DNA of 40,496 nt from Hyphomicrobiales bacterium (GTDB lineage Bacteria; Pseudomonadota; Alphaproteobacteria; Rhizobiales; Xanthobacteraceae), in contig JAHFPO010000002.1 of assembly GCA_023266695.1 (NCBI GenBank), positions 1 through 40,496 of the forward strand, in the 5' to 3' direction. The notes beneath the pieces were generated by a model. The model saw only the letters and a program-made list of their open reading frames with translations, made no database searches and was not told where the DNA came from. The stretch's first letter is position 1. Each line of letters starts with the position of its first letter. A program made the translations under genes and the position numbers. Shown here piece after piece: positions 10,210 through 19,847 of the stretch.

Positions 10210-10913
10210 GGCGTCGCCACCAGCCGGTATCCAATCCCGCGCTCCGTGCGCAAATACACGGGATCGGTGGGGTTGCGCTCGATCTTGCGGCGCAAACGAT
10301 TGATCTGCACGTCGACGGCCCGCTCGCTCGAGCCGGCACCGGGCGCGGCGAGATCCTGGCGCGGCACGGTCTCGCCGACACGCGCGGCGAGCACGCGCAG
10401 CATGTCGCGCTCGCGGTCGGTGATGCGCACCGCCTTGCCCGTGCGCGTCAGGTCACCGCTCTCGAGGTGAAAGACGAAATCGCCGAAACGCACCATTTCG
10501 ATCGGCTGCACGCTCGTCTGTGCCGTGCGCTTCAGCACGTTGCCGATGCGCAACAGAAGCTCGCGCGGGTCGAACGGCTTCGGGACGTAATCGTCGGCGC
10601 CGATCTCCAGGCCGGCGATGCGGTCGATGGGCTCCGCGCGCGCCGTCAGCATGAGGATCGGTACGTTCGAGCCATTGCGGATCGAGCGGGCGAGATCGAG
10701 CCCGCTCTCGCCCGGCATCATCACGTCGAGCACCAGGAGATCGAACGCCATGCCGGCGAGCTGGGCGCGCGCCCCGGCCGCCGAGCTCGCGGTCGTCACC
10801 CGGTAGCCGTGATCGCTGAGATAGCGTGACAGCAGATCGCAGATGCGCAGATCGTCGTCGACGACGAGAAGGTGCGGCGCATCGTCGGGCGGCGGCGTGG
10901 GGGAATGGACCAT
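10206..10913 (-). CDS. OmpR/PhoB-family response regulator
   Basis: ORF 10206..10973. Start taken at ATG 10913 (MVHSPTPPPDDAPHLLVVDDD). It has a receiver domain (LDVMMPGESGLDL) and a winged-helix C-terminus (RGIGYRL). Confidence 0.9.
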   Translation of the reverse strand: MVHSPTPPPDDAPHLLVVDDDLRICDLLSRYLSDHGYRVTTASSAAGARAQLAGMAFDLLVLDVMMPGESGLDLARSIRNGSNVPILMLTARAEPIDRIAGLEIGADDYVPKPFDPRELLLRIGNVLKRTAQTSVQPIEMVRFGDFVFHLESGDLTRTGKAVRITDRERDMLRVLAARVGETVPRQDLAAPGAGSSERAVDVQINRLRRKIERNPTDPVYLRTERGIGYRLVATP

Positions 10914-10938
10914 GGTGGCGCCTCGCTCGGGCAAGACC

Positions 10939-11487
10939 TCAACGCGTCCGGTTGCGGCCGGCGTGATCGGCACGAGCGATCAGCCGCTCGACTCCCTCGC
11001 GAGCTTGCGGATCAATCATGGCGACAAGAAAGCGCCGGGCGGCGGCGCGCGCGCCCGGGCCGCACTCGGCAAGCGCACGTACGAAACGCCGGGTCTGGAG
11101 GGCCGCCAGATCGCGCGCCAACGCCTCGCCCTTGGATGTGAGATAAAGCAGGCGCTGCCGGCGGTCGGCGGGGCCCGCCTTCTGGACCACGTAGCCGTCC
11201 TCCACCAGCTCGCGCAGCACGCGCCCGAGGCTCTGCTTGGTGATCTTCAGTATCTCGAGGAGGTCGGCGACGCGCATGCCGGGATGCCGGTTCACGAAGT
11301 GCAGCACCCGGTGGTGGGCGCGGCCGAAGCCGATGCCCGCCAGGAGCTCGTCGGCGTCGCCGATGAAATCGCGATAGGCGAAGAACAGCAACTCGATCAG
11401 ATCGAATACGGGCCCGCCCGCGCCGGAGCGGTCGGACTCCGGGCCCGGAAGACGAGTGGAGGCCGTCGAGACGTTTACGTCAGCCAT
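10939..11487 (-). CDS. MarR-family transcriptional regulator
   Basis: 182 aa. The winged HTH is RVADLLEILKITKQSLGRVLRELVEDGYVVQ...DRRQRLLYLTSKG. Confidence 0.85.
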   Translation of the reverse strand: MADVNVSTASTRLPGPESDRSGAGGPVFDLIELLFFAYRDFIGDADELLAGIGFGRAHHRVLHFVNRHPGMRVADLLEILKITKQSLGRVLRELVEDGYVVQKAGPADRRQRLLYLTSKGEALARDLAALQTRRFVRALAECGPGARAAARRFLVAMIDPQAREGVERLIARADHAGRNRTR

Positions 11488-11700
11488 ATTGACATATTAG
11501 GTTCAGGTTGTTAGCGAGTCACGCGTTCCGTCGAAAAGATCGATCCTTGCGGTCGATTGCAATCGGGTCGATCGTTGCGCTCTGCAGCGAGACGCGCTCT
11601 CATGCGGGACCATATCGGGACTTCGCCGACGAGGCAAAACCCGATTCATTCGGCGGAAACATGACCGGGCGTAGGGTCGCTGCCGGTTCCGAGGAGTGAG

Positions 11701-12597
11701 GTGATGGCCGGCGAGCCTTTCGACAAGCGGCCGGGGGTGATCTGGTACGACGGCAAACTGGTGCCGTGGGAGAATGCGACCCTGCATGTGCTCTCCCATG
11801 GCCTGCACTATGCGAGCGCCGTGTTCGAGGGCGAGCGCGCCTATGGCGGGGAAATCTTCAAGTGCAGCGAGCATTCCGAGCGCCTGAAGCATTCGGCGCA
11901 GGCGCTCGATTTTGAAATTCCCTATTCGGTCGCCGAGATCGACGCCGCCAAGCGCCTGGTGCTCGAGAAAAACGGGCAGAAGGACGCCTATGTCCGCCCG
12001 GTCGCCTGGCGCGGCAGCGAAATGATGGGCGTGTCGGCGCAGCAGAACAAGATTCATCTCGCCATCGCCACCTGGCAATGGCCGAGCTATTTCGATCCGG
12101 CCGAGCGGCTGAAGGGCATCCGGCTCGACCTCGCCGAATATCGCCGCCCCGATCCGAAGACCGCCCCCTGCATGACCAAGGCGGCGGGCCTCTACATGAT
12201 CTGCACCATCTCCAAGCACATCGCCGAGCGCAAAGGCTATGCCGACGCCATGATGCTCGACTGGCAGGGACGCGTCGCCGAGTGCACCGGCGCCAACATC
12301 TTCTTCGTCAAGGACGGCAAGATCCATACGCCGATCGCCGACTGCTTTCTCGACGGCATCACCCGGCGCACGGTGATCGAGCTTGCGAACAAGCGCGGCT
12401 TCGAGGTGATCGAGCGGCGCATCATGCCCGACGAGCTCGCGTCGTTCTCCGAGTGCTTCATCACCGGCACCGCGGCCGAGGTGACGGCGGTCTCCGAGAT
12501 CGCCCAGTGGAACTTCAATCCGGGCGGCATCACCAAGCAGCTGATGGACGACTATTCCACCGCGGTGCAGCCGAAGAAGCGTTCGGCGGCGGCGTAA
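11701..12597 (+). CDS. ilvE: branched-chain amino acid aminotransferase (class IV)
   Basis: 298 aa (GTG 11701 or ATG 11704). Motifs VIWYDGKLVPWENATLHVLSHGLHYASAVFEGERAY and a TKAAGLY lysine region fit the family. A terminator follows. Confidence 0.9.
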   Translation: MMAGEPFDKRPGVIWYDGKLVPWENATLHVLSHGLHYASAVFEGERAYGGEIFKCSEHSERLKHSAQALDFEIPYSVAEIDAAKRLVLEKNGQKDAYVRPVAWRGSEMMGVSAQQNKIHLAIATWQWPSYFDPAERLKGIRLDLAEYRRPDPKTAPCMTKAAGLYMICTISKHIAERKGYADAMMLDWQGRVAECTGANIFFVKDGKIHTPIADCFLDGITRRTVIELANKRGFEVIERRIMPDELASFSECFITGTAAEVTAVSEIAQWNFNPGGITKQLMDDYSTAVQPKKRSAAA

Positions 12598-12614
12598 TCA
12601 AATTCGAGAATGCG

Positions 12615-12650
12615 AACGGGGCGACGGCCATCGTCGCCCCGTTTTCGTTT
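12615..12650 (+). terminator. rho-independent terminator after ilvE
   Basis: 12-bp perfect stem AACGGGGCGACG / CGTCGCCCCGTT (12615-12626 / 12632-12643) with a 5-nt loop, followed by TTCGTTT. Confidence 0.6.
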
Positions 12651-12663
12651 GATTGAGGTCCTG

Positions 12664-13614
12664 TCAGTTCGTCTTGCCGTAGCGGATCGCCGTCAGCCGG
12701 TCGTCGCCCGATTCCGGCGCCCACACCTCGCCCGGGCGGCCGAGCATCTGGCGCACGTTGCGACCGGGGAAGCTCTGAAACTTCTCGGTCTTGGGATCGA
12801 AGCGCACGATGGCGTTGGCGCTGAAATCAGTGAGCCAGACCGCGTCGGTTTCGTCGACATAGACCGAATAGCAGCTCGGACTCGCCCCAGGCAGCTTCCA
12901 TTTCTTCCATTGCTTGCTCGACGGGTCGTAGAGGCCGACCTCGCCCGAGTTCCATAGGCTCACCCACAGCCGGTTGTTCGAGTCCGACCACACCCGGCGC
13001 GCGCCGGCGCCCGGCGTCGGCGATTCCACCACCTCTAGCTCGCCGGTCCTGGTCTCGATGCGCGCGATGTAATCGCCGGCAAGGGAGGAGAACCAAACCT
13101 CGCCCGAGGGCGTGGTGGCGATGCCATAGGGCCCGCGGCCTTTGGGCGCGTCCCACACCTTCACTTCGCCGGTCTTGGGATCGACCTTGCCGTAGATGCC
13201 GGCCTGGCCGGTGAACCAGTGGATTCCGTTCTTGTCGAAGGTGGCGGTGTTGAGATTGGCGTAGCCGCTCCCCTTCGGCAGTGGGTAAGTCTTCACCTGT
13301 TCGGTTCTGGGATCGACGCGCACGATGGCATTGAGGCCGCCGTCGGTGATCCAGGGCGCGCCGTCGGGGCCGACGACCACGCCATGCGGCGCCGAATTGG
13401 TGCCGAGCTTGATCTGCTTCACCACCCCGGTCTTGGGATCGAGCCGGCCGAGCGCGCCTTGCCCCTGGGCCGTGTACCAAACGATGCCGTCGGCCGAGAC
13501 CGCAACGTCGTGCGGGCGCGCGCCGGAAGGCACCGGGTAGATCTTGACCTCGAACGCCGCCGCCGGCAGCGCCACGAGGAGCGCGGCAAGCGTCATGAAT
13601 AATTTCACTTTCAT
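12664..13614 (-). CDS. exported beta-propeller protein, virginiamycin B lyase (Vgb)-like family
   Basis: 316 aa with a signal peptide (MKVKLFMTLAALLVALPAAA). It carries repeated blades of the form P(H/Y)G(V/I)xxxPDGxxW(I/F/Y)T...G..xRxDPKTG, as in COG4257 streptogramin-lyase-like proteins. Confidence 0.6.
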   Translation of the reverse strand: MKVKLFMTLAALLVALPAAAFEVKIYPVPSGARPHDVAVSADGIVWYTAQGQGALGRLDPKTGVVKQIKLGTNSAPHGVVVGPDGAPWITDGGLNAIVRVDPRTEQVKTYPLPKGSGYANLNTATFDKNGIHWFTGQAGIYGKVDPKTGEVKVWDAPKGRGPYGIATTPSGEVWFSSLAGDYIARIETRTGELEVVESPTPGAGARRVWSDSNNRLWVSLWNSGEVGLYDPSSKQWKKWKLPGASPSCYSVYVDETDAVWLTDFSANAIVRFDPKTEKFQSFPGRNVRQMLGRPGEVWAPESGDDRLTAIRYGKTN

Positions 13615-13635
13615 GTGGTTTCTCCCGGAATTGCG

Positions 13636-14124
13636 TTATTCCGCCGCGTCGCGCTTGGGCCGATCCCGCCAACGCGCCGCCGCGGCGTCGTCCTCTCCGC
13701 GCGCCTCGATCCAGCTCGTGCCCGCGGCGCGCTCCACCTTCTTCCAGAACGGCGCGCGGGTCTTGAGATAGTCCATCAGGAATTCGGCCGCTTCGAACGC
13801 GGCCCGCCGATGGGCGGACGCGGTCACGGCCAGCACGATCACTTCGCCTGGTTTGATGCGGCCGACGCGATGCACGATGCGCACGCCCAGGAGCGGCCAG
13901 CGCGCCTCCGCCTCCTCCACATGACGGGCGATCTCGGTCTCGGCCATGCCGGGATAATGATCGAGGACGAGCGCCGCGATCCGCTCGCCGTCTTCATCGT
14001 CGCGGCAAATGCCGGTGAAGGCGACGACGGCGCCGATGTCGGTGCGGCCGCGCGTGAGCGCCGCGGTCTCGGCCGTAACGTCGATCTCGTCCTCGGTGAT
14101 ACGAATGCTCATGGGGACGATCAT
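13636..14124 (-). CDS. moaE: molybdopterin synthase catalytic subunit
   Basis: 162 aa. Motifs GAVVAFTGICRD, LDHYPGMAE and TRAPFWKK are present. An alternative start is ATG 14112 (MSIRITE). Confidence 0.9.
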   Translation of the reverse strand: MIVPMSIRITEDEIDVTAETAALTRGRTDIGAVVAFTGICRDDEDGERIAALVLDHYPGMAETEIARHVEEAEARWPLLGVRIVHRVGRIKPGEVIVLAVTASAHRRAAFEAAEFLMDYLKTRAPFWKKVERAAGTSWIEARGEDDAAAARWRDRPKRDAAE

Positions 14125-14153
14125 ACCCTCTCAGCGCCCAAGGCGTGAGGGGG

Positions 14154-14405
14154 TCAGCCCCCGGTCATGGGCGGGAAAAGGGCGATCTCACGGGCGCCCG
14201 TGATCTTCGCCTCGGGGCGGACATGGATGCGGTCGATCGCCGCGCGCACGACCTGGCGGTTCTCGAAGGCGTGGGCATATTGCTCGCCGCGGCCGCCGAG
14301 CCATTGGACGAGATCGCCGACGGTCTGCACCGAAGCCGGCAACTCGATCTCCTCCTCGGCCTTGCCGACGCGCTCGCGGATCCAGGCGAAATAAAGAATC
14401 TTCAT
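14154..14405 (-). CDS. moaD: molybdopterin synthase sulfur-carrier subunit
   Basis: Internal ATG 14405 of ORF 14154..14486 gives 83 aa (MKILYFAWIRERVG...) ending in PPMTGG, the Gly-Gly terminus. The start overlaps the pgsA stop by ATGA. Confidence 0.85.
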   Translation of the reverse strand: MKILYFAWIRERVGKAEEEIELPASVQTVGDLVQWLGGRGEQYAHAFENRQVVRAAIDRIHVRPEAKITGAREIALFPPMTGG

Positions 14406-15043
14406 TGGTCGCTGGCCACGATATGGCGCAACCCGGCGCGGAAATAATCGAAGCCGGTATAGAGAGTGAGGATCGCCGATAGCCACAGCAGCGAAAGCCC
14501 GGTCAGCGTGGTTCCGGGCATCACCAGATCACCCGCGGGCCCCGCCAGCAGAAAGCCGACCGCGACCAGCTGCAAGGTCGTCTTCCATTTGGCGAGCCGC
14601 GACACCGGCACGCTCACGCGCAGCTCGGCGAGATATTCGCGCAGACCAGAGACCAGGATTTCGCGGCAAAGGATGATGAGCGCCGCCCACAGCGACCAGC
14701 CCTTGATGGTGTCGTCGGCGGCGAGCATGAACAGAGAGGCGCCGACCAGGAGCTTATCGGCGATCGGGTCGAGCATGCGTCCGAGCCTCGATTGTTCGCC
14801 ATAGACGCGCGCGGCCCAGCCGTCGAGCAGATCGGTGAGCGCGGCGGCGATGAAGATCGCGAGCGCCACCCAGCGCAGCCACAGCCCAGCTTCGTAAATG
14901 GCGACTCCGAACAAGCAGGCGGCGACCGCCGGCACGGCGGCGATGCGCCCATAGGTGAGCAGATTCGGCAAGGCGAAAGCCCGCCCTTCGCCCGTGGGCC
15001 CAGCTCCAATCCGGGTCGCGGCGGGAGACGTCGCCTGGTTCAT
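14402..15043 (-). CDS. pgsA: CDP-diacylglycerol--glycerol-3-phosphate 3-phosphatidyltransferase
   Basis: 213 aa, hydrophobic. It carries the CDP-alcohol phosphatidyltransferase motif DLLDGWAARVYGEQSRLGRMLDPIADK. Confidence 0.9.
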   Translation of the reverse strand: MNQATSPAATRIGAGPTGEGRAFALPNLLTYGRIAAVPAVAACLFGVAIYEAGLWLRWVALAIFIAAALTDLLDGWAARVYGEQSRLGRMLDPIADKLLVGASLFMLAADDTIKGWSLWAALIILCREILVSGLREYLAELRVSVPVSRLAKWKTTLQLVAVGFLLAGPAGDLVMPGTTLTGLSLLWLSAILTLYTGFDYFRAGLRHIVASDQ

Positions 15044-15115
15044 CAGTAGCCTCGCTCGTCTTCACAAAGACATCCCGCAAGAGCGGCGTCAATGCGGCAG
15101 GGAGTAAAAATCACA

Positions 15116-17122
15116 TCAACCGTCGGCATGGAAATAATCGTAGACCGCCTTGGCGGTGGCGGCATTGACGCCGGGAACCGCTTCGAGGTCGGCAAGCGAG
15201 GCGCGCTCGATCGCGGAAAGCGTGCCGAAGTGGCGGAGCAAAGCCCGTTTCCGCGCCGGCCCGACGCCGGGAATTTCCTGCAGGCCGGTGGTGGCGAGGT
15301 CGCGCTTGCGCCGGGCCCGGTGCGATCCGATGGCGAAGCGGTGCGCCTCGTCGCGCAGCCGCTCGACGAAATAGAGCACCGGATCGCGCGGCGGCAACCG
15401 GAACGCCGCGCCGCCCGGCAGATGGAAAGTCTCGCGTCCGGCGTCGCGGTCGGGTCCCTTGGCGACGGCGAGGATCGGCAAGTCATGGATTCCCAGTTCC
15501 ACAAGGATTTCCAGCGCCGCGTTCAATTGACCGAGGCCGCCGTCGAGGATGACGAGATCGGGCCACGGCGAATCGGAACCGCTCAATCGCGGCGCTTCCT
15601 CCATCAGCCGCGAGAAGCGCCGCTGCAGCACCTCGCGCATCATTCCGTAATCGTCGCCGGGGGCGAGTTCTTCGGAGCGGATGTTGAACTTGCGATACTG
15701 GTTCTTGGCGAAACCTTCGGGTCCAGCGACGATCATCACACCGACGGCGTTAGTACCGGTGATGTGGCTGTTGTCATAGACCTCGACGCGCCGCGGCGGT
15801 TGCGGCAGGCCGAGGATGTCGGCGAGGCCCTTGAGCAGGCGCAACTGCGAGGCGGACTCGGCGAGACGCCGGCTCAATGCCTCGCGCGCGTTCATCAGCG
15901 CATGATCGACGAGATCGCGTTTCTCCCCGCGCCGGGGCACGGCGACCTCGACCCGGTAGCCGGCGCGGGTCGTGAGTGCCTCGGCGAGCAAGTCGCGGTC
16001 CTCGATATCGTGGGAGATGAGCACGAGCGGAGGACTGAGCTTGTCGTCGTAGAACTGGGCGAGAAAGCTTTCCAGCACCTCGCCCGGCTCCAGCGAGCGA
16101 TCGGCGCGTGGGTAATAGGCGCGGTCGCCCCAGTTCTGGAAATTGCGGATGAAGAAGACCTCGATGCAGGTGACGCCGCCGTCCTGATGGCAGGCGAAGA
16201 CATCGGCCTGGTCGATGCCACGCGGATGGACGCCCTGGTGCGACTGGATCGCGGACAAGGCCGCGAGACGGTCGCGCAATGCCGCGGCGCGTTCGAAATC
16301 GAGGGCGGCGGAGGCCGCTTCCATGTCGTGCGCGAGCGTCTCCTGCACCGCGCGGCTCTTACCCGACAGGAAATCGCGCGCCTCTTCCACCAGCCGGTTG
16401 TATTCGGGGAAAGCGATTTCGCCGGTGCAGGGAGCGGCGCAGCGCTTGATTTGGAATAGCAAGCAGGGGCGGGTGCGGCTCTCGTAGACCGTGTCCGAGC
16501 ACGAACGCAGCAGGAAAGCCCGCTCCAGCGCCGTAATGGTGCGGTTGACCGCCCCGGCCGCGGCGAAGGGTCCGAAATAATCGCCCTCGCGGTTGCGCGC
16601 GCCGCGATGTTTCATAATTTGCGGCGCCGGATGGCCGCGGGTGAGCAGGATATAGGGAAACGATTTGTCGTCGCGCAGGAGCACGTTGAAGCGCGGACGG
16701 AAGCGCTTGATGAGATTGGCCTCCAGCAACAGCGCCTCGGTCTCGGTCGCGGTCGAGACGAACTCCATCGTCGCCGTCGCCGCGATCATGCGGGCGATGC
16801 GGTTGGTGTGGCCGGCGCCGCGGGTATAGGCGAGAACGCGTTTGGCCACGTTCTTCGCCTTGCCGACATAGAGCACCTCGGCCTTGGCATCGAGCATGCG
16901 ATAGACGCCGGCGCCGGTGGGAGCGAGACGGGCAAAACGCTTGATTGCTTCGCATCCGGTCTCGAGATGTTCGGGCGCGGGCTCCTCGTCGGCATGGTCA
17001 TCGGGCGCGAGCTCGAGAATCGGCGCCTCGGTCTCCTCGTCCGCTTCGGCGGCGAGGTCGTCTTGCCCCGGCCCGATCTCCGGCTCGATCTCGGGATCGA
17101 TATCCTTGCGCTCGCGCTCCAT
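15116..17122 (-). CDS. uvrC: excinuclease ABC subunit C
   Basis: 668 aa. It has a GIY-YIG module ([25 protein letters not shown]), a UVR domain, an endonuclease V-like domain, and a C-terminal (HhH)2 ([20 protein letters not shown]). The N-terminal extension is acidic. Confidence 0.95.
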   Translation of the reverse strand: MERERKDIDPEIEPEIGPGQDDLAAEADEETEAPILELAPDDHADEEPAPEHLETGCEAIKRFARLAPTGAGVYRMLDAKAEVLYVGKAKNVAKRVLAYTRGAGHTNRIARMIAATATMEFVSTATETEALLLEANLIKRFRPRFNVLLRDDKSFPYILLTRGHPAPQIMKHRGARNREGDYFGPFAAAGAVNRTITALERAFLLRSCSDTVYESRTRPCLLFQIKRCAAPCTGEIAFPEYNRLVEEARDFLSGKSRAVQETLAHDMEAASAALDFERAAALRDRLAALSAIQSHQGVHPRGIDQADVFACHQDGGVTCIEVFFIRNFQNWGDRAYYPRADRSLEPGEVLESFLAQFYDDKLSPPLVLISHDIEDRDLLAEALTTRAGYRVEVAVPRRGEKRDLVDHALMNAREALSRRLAESASQLRLLKGLADILGLPQPPRRVEVYDNSHITGTNAVGVMIVAGPEGFAKNQYRKFNIRSEELAPGDDYGMMREVLQRRFSRLMEEAPRLSGSDSPWPDLVILDGGLGQLNAALEILVELGIHDLPILAVAKGPDRDAGRETFHLPGGAAFRLPPRDPVLYFVERLRDEAHRFAIGSHRARRKRDLATTGLQEIPGVGPARKRALLRHFGTLSAIERASLADLEAVPGVNAATAKAVYDYFHADG

Positions 17123-17171
17123 GCCGCGAAGGTAGGGATTTACGCGCGCAAGGGCCAGGGGAGACCGTCAC

Positions 17172-17942
17172 TCACTCGCGCACGCCGGCGGCGTCGGGCG
17201 TGGCCCAGGCGAGATGCTGGCCGCCGTCGACCGGGATCAGCGCGCCGGTGACGCTCGCAGCGGTGGCGAGGAAGACGACGGCCGCGGCGACCTCCTCGGG
17301 CGTCGGGCCGCGGCCGAGCGGCAGCGCCGCCGTCTGCCGTGCGAAGTCCTCCGCCCGCTGGCGCGCGCTCGGGAGCGTCGGGCCGGGGGCCACCGCATTG
17401 ACGCGGATGCGCGGCGCCAGCGCCTGGGCGAGCGTGCGGGTCGCGGTGGCGAGTGCGGCTTTCGCGAGCGTGTAGGAAAAGAACTGCGGCGTCGTCCTCA
17501 ACACGCGCTGGTCGATCAAGTTGATGATCGCCGAGCGGCCCGCTGGCGCCTGCGCCGCGAATGCCTGGGCGAGGAAGACAGGTGCCTCGAGGTTGATCGC
17601 GAACTGCCGCTCCCAACGCTCGCGCGTGAGCGATCTGATGTCATCGGACTCGAAGATGGCGGCATTGTTGACGAGAAGCGTCAGCGGCCCGAGCGCCGCT
17701 GCTGCGTCCGCGACGAGGCGCGTGATTGCGGCGGGTTCGGTGAGATCGGCGACGAAGACTGCGCTCTGGCCTCCGCGCGCCTCGATCTCGGCCGCGAGCG
17801 TGCGCGCTTCGCCCGGCGCGCTTCGGCAGTGGATCGCGACGGCAAAGCCCGCGTCCGCGAGGGCACGGGTGATCGCCCGTCCGATCCGCTGGCCGGCGCC
17901 GGTGACGAGCGCGGCTCCGCGCTTGCCTTCATGCTCTGCCAT
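17172..17942 (-). CDS. SDR-family oxidoreductase (pteridine-reductase-like)
   Basis: 256 aa. It has a TGAGQRIG cofactor motif, NNAA, and YxxxK (YTLAKAAL). Confidence 0.85.
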   Translation of the reverse strand: MAEHEGKRGAALVTGAGQRIGRAITRALADAGFAVAIHCRSAPGEARTLAAEIEARGGQSAVFVADLTEPAAITRLVADAAAALGPLTLLVNNAAIFESDDIRSLTRERWERQFAINLEAPVFLAQAFAAQAPAGRSAIINLIDQRVLRTTPQFFSYTLAKAALATATRTLAQALAPRIRVNAVAPGPTLPSARQRAEDFARQTAALPLGRGPTPEEVAAAVVFLATAASVTGALIPVDGGQHLAWATPDAAGVRE

Positions 17943-18093
17943 GGATGTCTTGTTCGCCTATGCTCATGTCGCTCCACCCACGAAATGGCCGCTGTTTCGC
18001 CAGCTTCCGGTCAAGCTGAGGCCGTCGTCAACGAATTATTAAGCGTGATATCAACGAGAGTCGATCCTTGCTCGCCCGTTAAGGATTCAATTC

Positions 18094-18109
18094 TCCTAAA
18101 ATTTTAGGA
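18094..18109. promoter_or_regulatory. perfect 16-bp AT-rich palindrome in the porin promoter region
   Basis: TCCTAAAATTTTAGGA reads identically on both strands. It lies about 50 nt upstream of the porin ATG (18158), flanked by TAAGGATT / TTAGGATT direct repeats. Confidence 0.3.
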
Positions 18110-18157
18110 TTGTAGCCGGTGGGATCGACAAAGACGTTCGCGACGGAGGGGAGCACC

Positions 18158-18784
18158 ATGAAGAGACTGCTGTTCGCTGCGTCCGCTGCACTGGCAGCGG
18201 CGACGCCGGCATTCGCAGGCGACCTGCCGGTCAGGCGCTCGTCTCCTTATTATGGGCCGCCCGAGGTCGCACGCACCCTTTTCAATTGGACCGGCTTCTA
18301 TGTCGGCGGTCACGCCGGCTGGGGCTGGGGTAGCGCTCTCGGCCTCGATCCGAACGGTTATCTCCTTGGCCTCCAGGCCGGATACAACTTTCAGCTCGCC
18401 GGCGCGTTCCTGGCGGGCATCGAGACCGACATCTCGTTTTCGGGAATCGACGACAAGGGCGGGGGCACCACCTTCGAGGTCGATTATCTCGGCACCGTGC
18501 GGGCGCGCCTCGGCTATGCCGTGGACCGCGTGCTGTTCTACGGCGCCGGCGGTCTCGCCTATGGCCGCGGCGATCTTACGATCGGCGGCCTCTCGAACAA
18601 GCAGACGCATTTCGGATGGACGATCGGCGGCGGCGTCGAGGCCATGATCGCGCCGAATATCACGGCCCGCCTCGAATATCTCTATGCCGATCTCGGCAAG
18701 GAGACCTATGCGTCCATCGGCGGTCCGGTGCGCGTCAACTACGATACCAGCATCGTGCGCATGGGCATGAACTACAAGTTCTGA
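18158..18784 (+). CDS. outer-membrane beta-barrel protein, Omp25/Omp31-type porin family
   Basis: Internal ATG 18158 of ORF 18119..18784. It has a signal peptide (MKRLLFAASAALAAATPAFA), alternating aromatic/Gly strands, and a C-terminal MNYKF (terminal Phe). Confidence 0.8.
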   Translation: MKRLLFAASAALAAATPAFAGDLPVRRSSPYYGPPEVARTLFNWTGFYVGGHAGWGWGSALGLDPNGYLLGLQAGYNFQLAGAFLAGIETDISFSGIDDKGGGTTFEVDYLGTVRARLGYAVDRVLFYGAGGLAYGRGDLTIGGLSNKQTHFGWTIGGGVEAMIAPNITARLEYLYADLGKETYASIGGPVRVNYDTSIVRMGMNYKF

Positions 18785-18808
18785 CCCGCTGCCTGCGATC
18801 TTGCGCGA

Positions 18809-18835
18809 GCCCCGGGCCCGGTCCGGGGCTTTTTG
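18809..18835 (+). terminator. rho-independent terminator after the porin gene
   Basis: Stem GCCCCGG / CCGGGGC (18809-18815 / 18823-18829) with a 7-nt loop, then TTTTT. Confidence 0.75.
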
Positions 18836-18856
18836 CTGTTCGGAACCCGCGCGCAC

Positions 18857-19462
18857 TCAGTGCGGCTTCGTCTCCGCGAACGCCGGCACCTTGAACGCGA
18901 ACTCGTCGAGCCATTCGACGAGGCGCGGATGATCCGCGCGCCAGCGGCCCTCGAAGCGGAAATCGAGATAGCCGAGCGCGCAGGCGAGCGCGATGTCACC
19001 GACATGGACCATCGGCGCGAGCGCCGGAGGTCGTTGCTCAAGTTGGGAAAGCGCGCGCGTGATCTTGCCGACCTGGTGCTCGACCCACTTCGGCTCATGC
19101 TTCTCCTTTGGCCGCCAACGGCCCTCGTAGATCTGCAGGACGCCGGCATCCATGATCCCGTCCGCGGTCGCCTGCAGGTGAAGCGCCGCGAAGCGCGGCG
19201 CTCCCGCGCGCGGGATGATGCGTCCGCCGCCGGCGCGGTCGTCGAGATATTCGAGGATCACGCGCGAATCGTAGAGCGCGGTGCCGTCCTCGAGCATCAG
19301 CACCGGGATCTTCCCGAGCGGGTTCTGCCGCCGGACGCTGTCCTTGGGGTCCATGGTGTCGGTGTTCTCGATGCGAATTTCTCCGGCGAGGCCGAGGAGA
19401 TGGACCGCAATCCGGACTTTTCGCGCGAATGGAGAACTCGACGAGGAGCGCAAGATCATCAT
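18857..19462 (-). CDS. glutathione S-transferase
   Basis: ORF 18857..19513. Start taken at ATG 19462/19459 (MMILRSSSSSPFARKVRIAV). The GST N-domain pattern is NPLGKIPVLMLEDGTALYDSRVILEYL. Confidence 0.85.
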   Translation of the reverse strand: MMILRSSSSSPFARKVRIAVHLLGLAGEIRIENTDTMDPKDSVRRQNPLGKIPVLMLEDGTALYDSRVILEYLDDRAGGGRIIPRAGAPRFAALHLQATADGIMDAGVLQIYEGRWRPKEKHEPKWVEHQVGKITRALSQLEQRPPALAPMVHVGDIALACALGYLDFRFEGRWRADHPRLVEWLDEFAFKVPAFAETKPH

Positions 19463-19509
19463 CGCCGCTGGCCTTGTGAAAAATATCGATGAAGCTGTGG
19501 AGCGCGCCG

Positions 19510-19728
19510 TCACCCGGCGGCGGGCTTGAGGTTCACCGCCTTCGGACCCTTGCCGCGCTGGTCGGGCTCGACGTCGAAGGACACACGCTGGCCTTCGCTG
19601 AGCGTGCCGAGTCCGGAACTCGTCACCGCCGAGACATGGACGAATACGTCGCGGCTGCCGTCGTCCGGCTGGATGAACCCAAAACCCTTATTGGTATTGA
19701 AGAACTTCACGGTACCCGTGATCGGCAT
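19510..19728 (-). CDS. cspA: cold-shock protein (CspA family)
   Basis: Start ATG 19728 ([35 protein letters not shown]) behind a GGAGG SD. RNP1/RNP2 motifs are present. Confidence 0.95.
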   Translation of the reverse strand: MPITGTVKFFNTNKGFGFIQPDDGSRDVFVHVSAVTSSGLGTLSEGQRVSFDVEPDQRGKGPKAVNLKPAAG

Positions 19729-19847
19729 TACCTCCACTCCCTGTCTTTACTGTTCGCTCTGGCCCGCCGGACCGCCGAGGTGCTCCATTCCTAAGACATC
19801 CGCGCGGTCCTGAAAAGCCGCCCGATGCCGGGTGAAGTTGCGGGCGT
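19729..19847 (-). promoter_or_regulatory. cspA promoter / 5' leader region
   Basis: A 119-nt gap separates the rlmJ stop from the cspA ATG. Csp genes typically have long structured leaders. No specific box was identified. Confidence 0.3.

Noticed and set aside
11488-11700. Possible MarR operator (ATATTGACATAT, AACCT repeats) in the marR-ilvE intergenic region.
   Set aside because: The sequences are not true palindromes and are too short to distinguish from chance.
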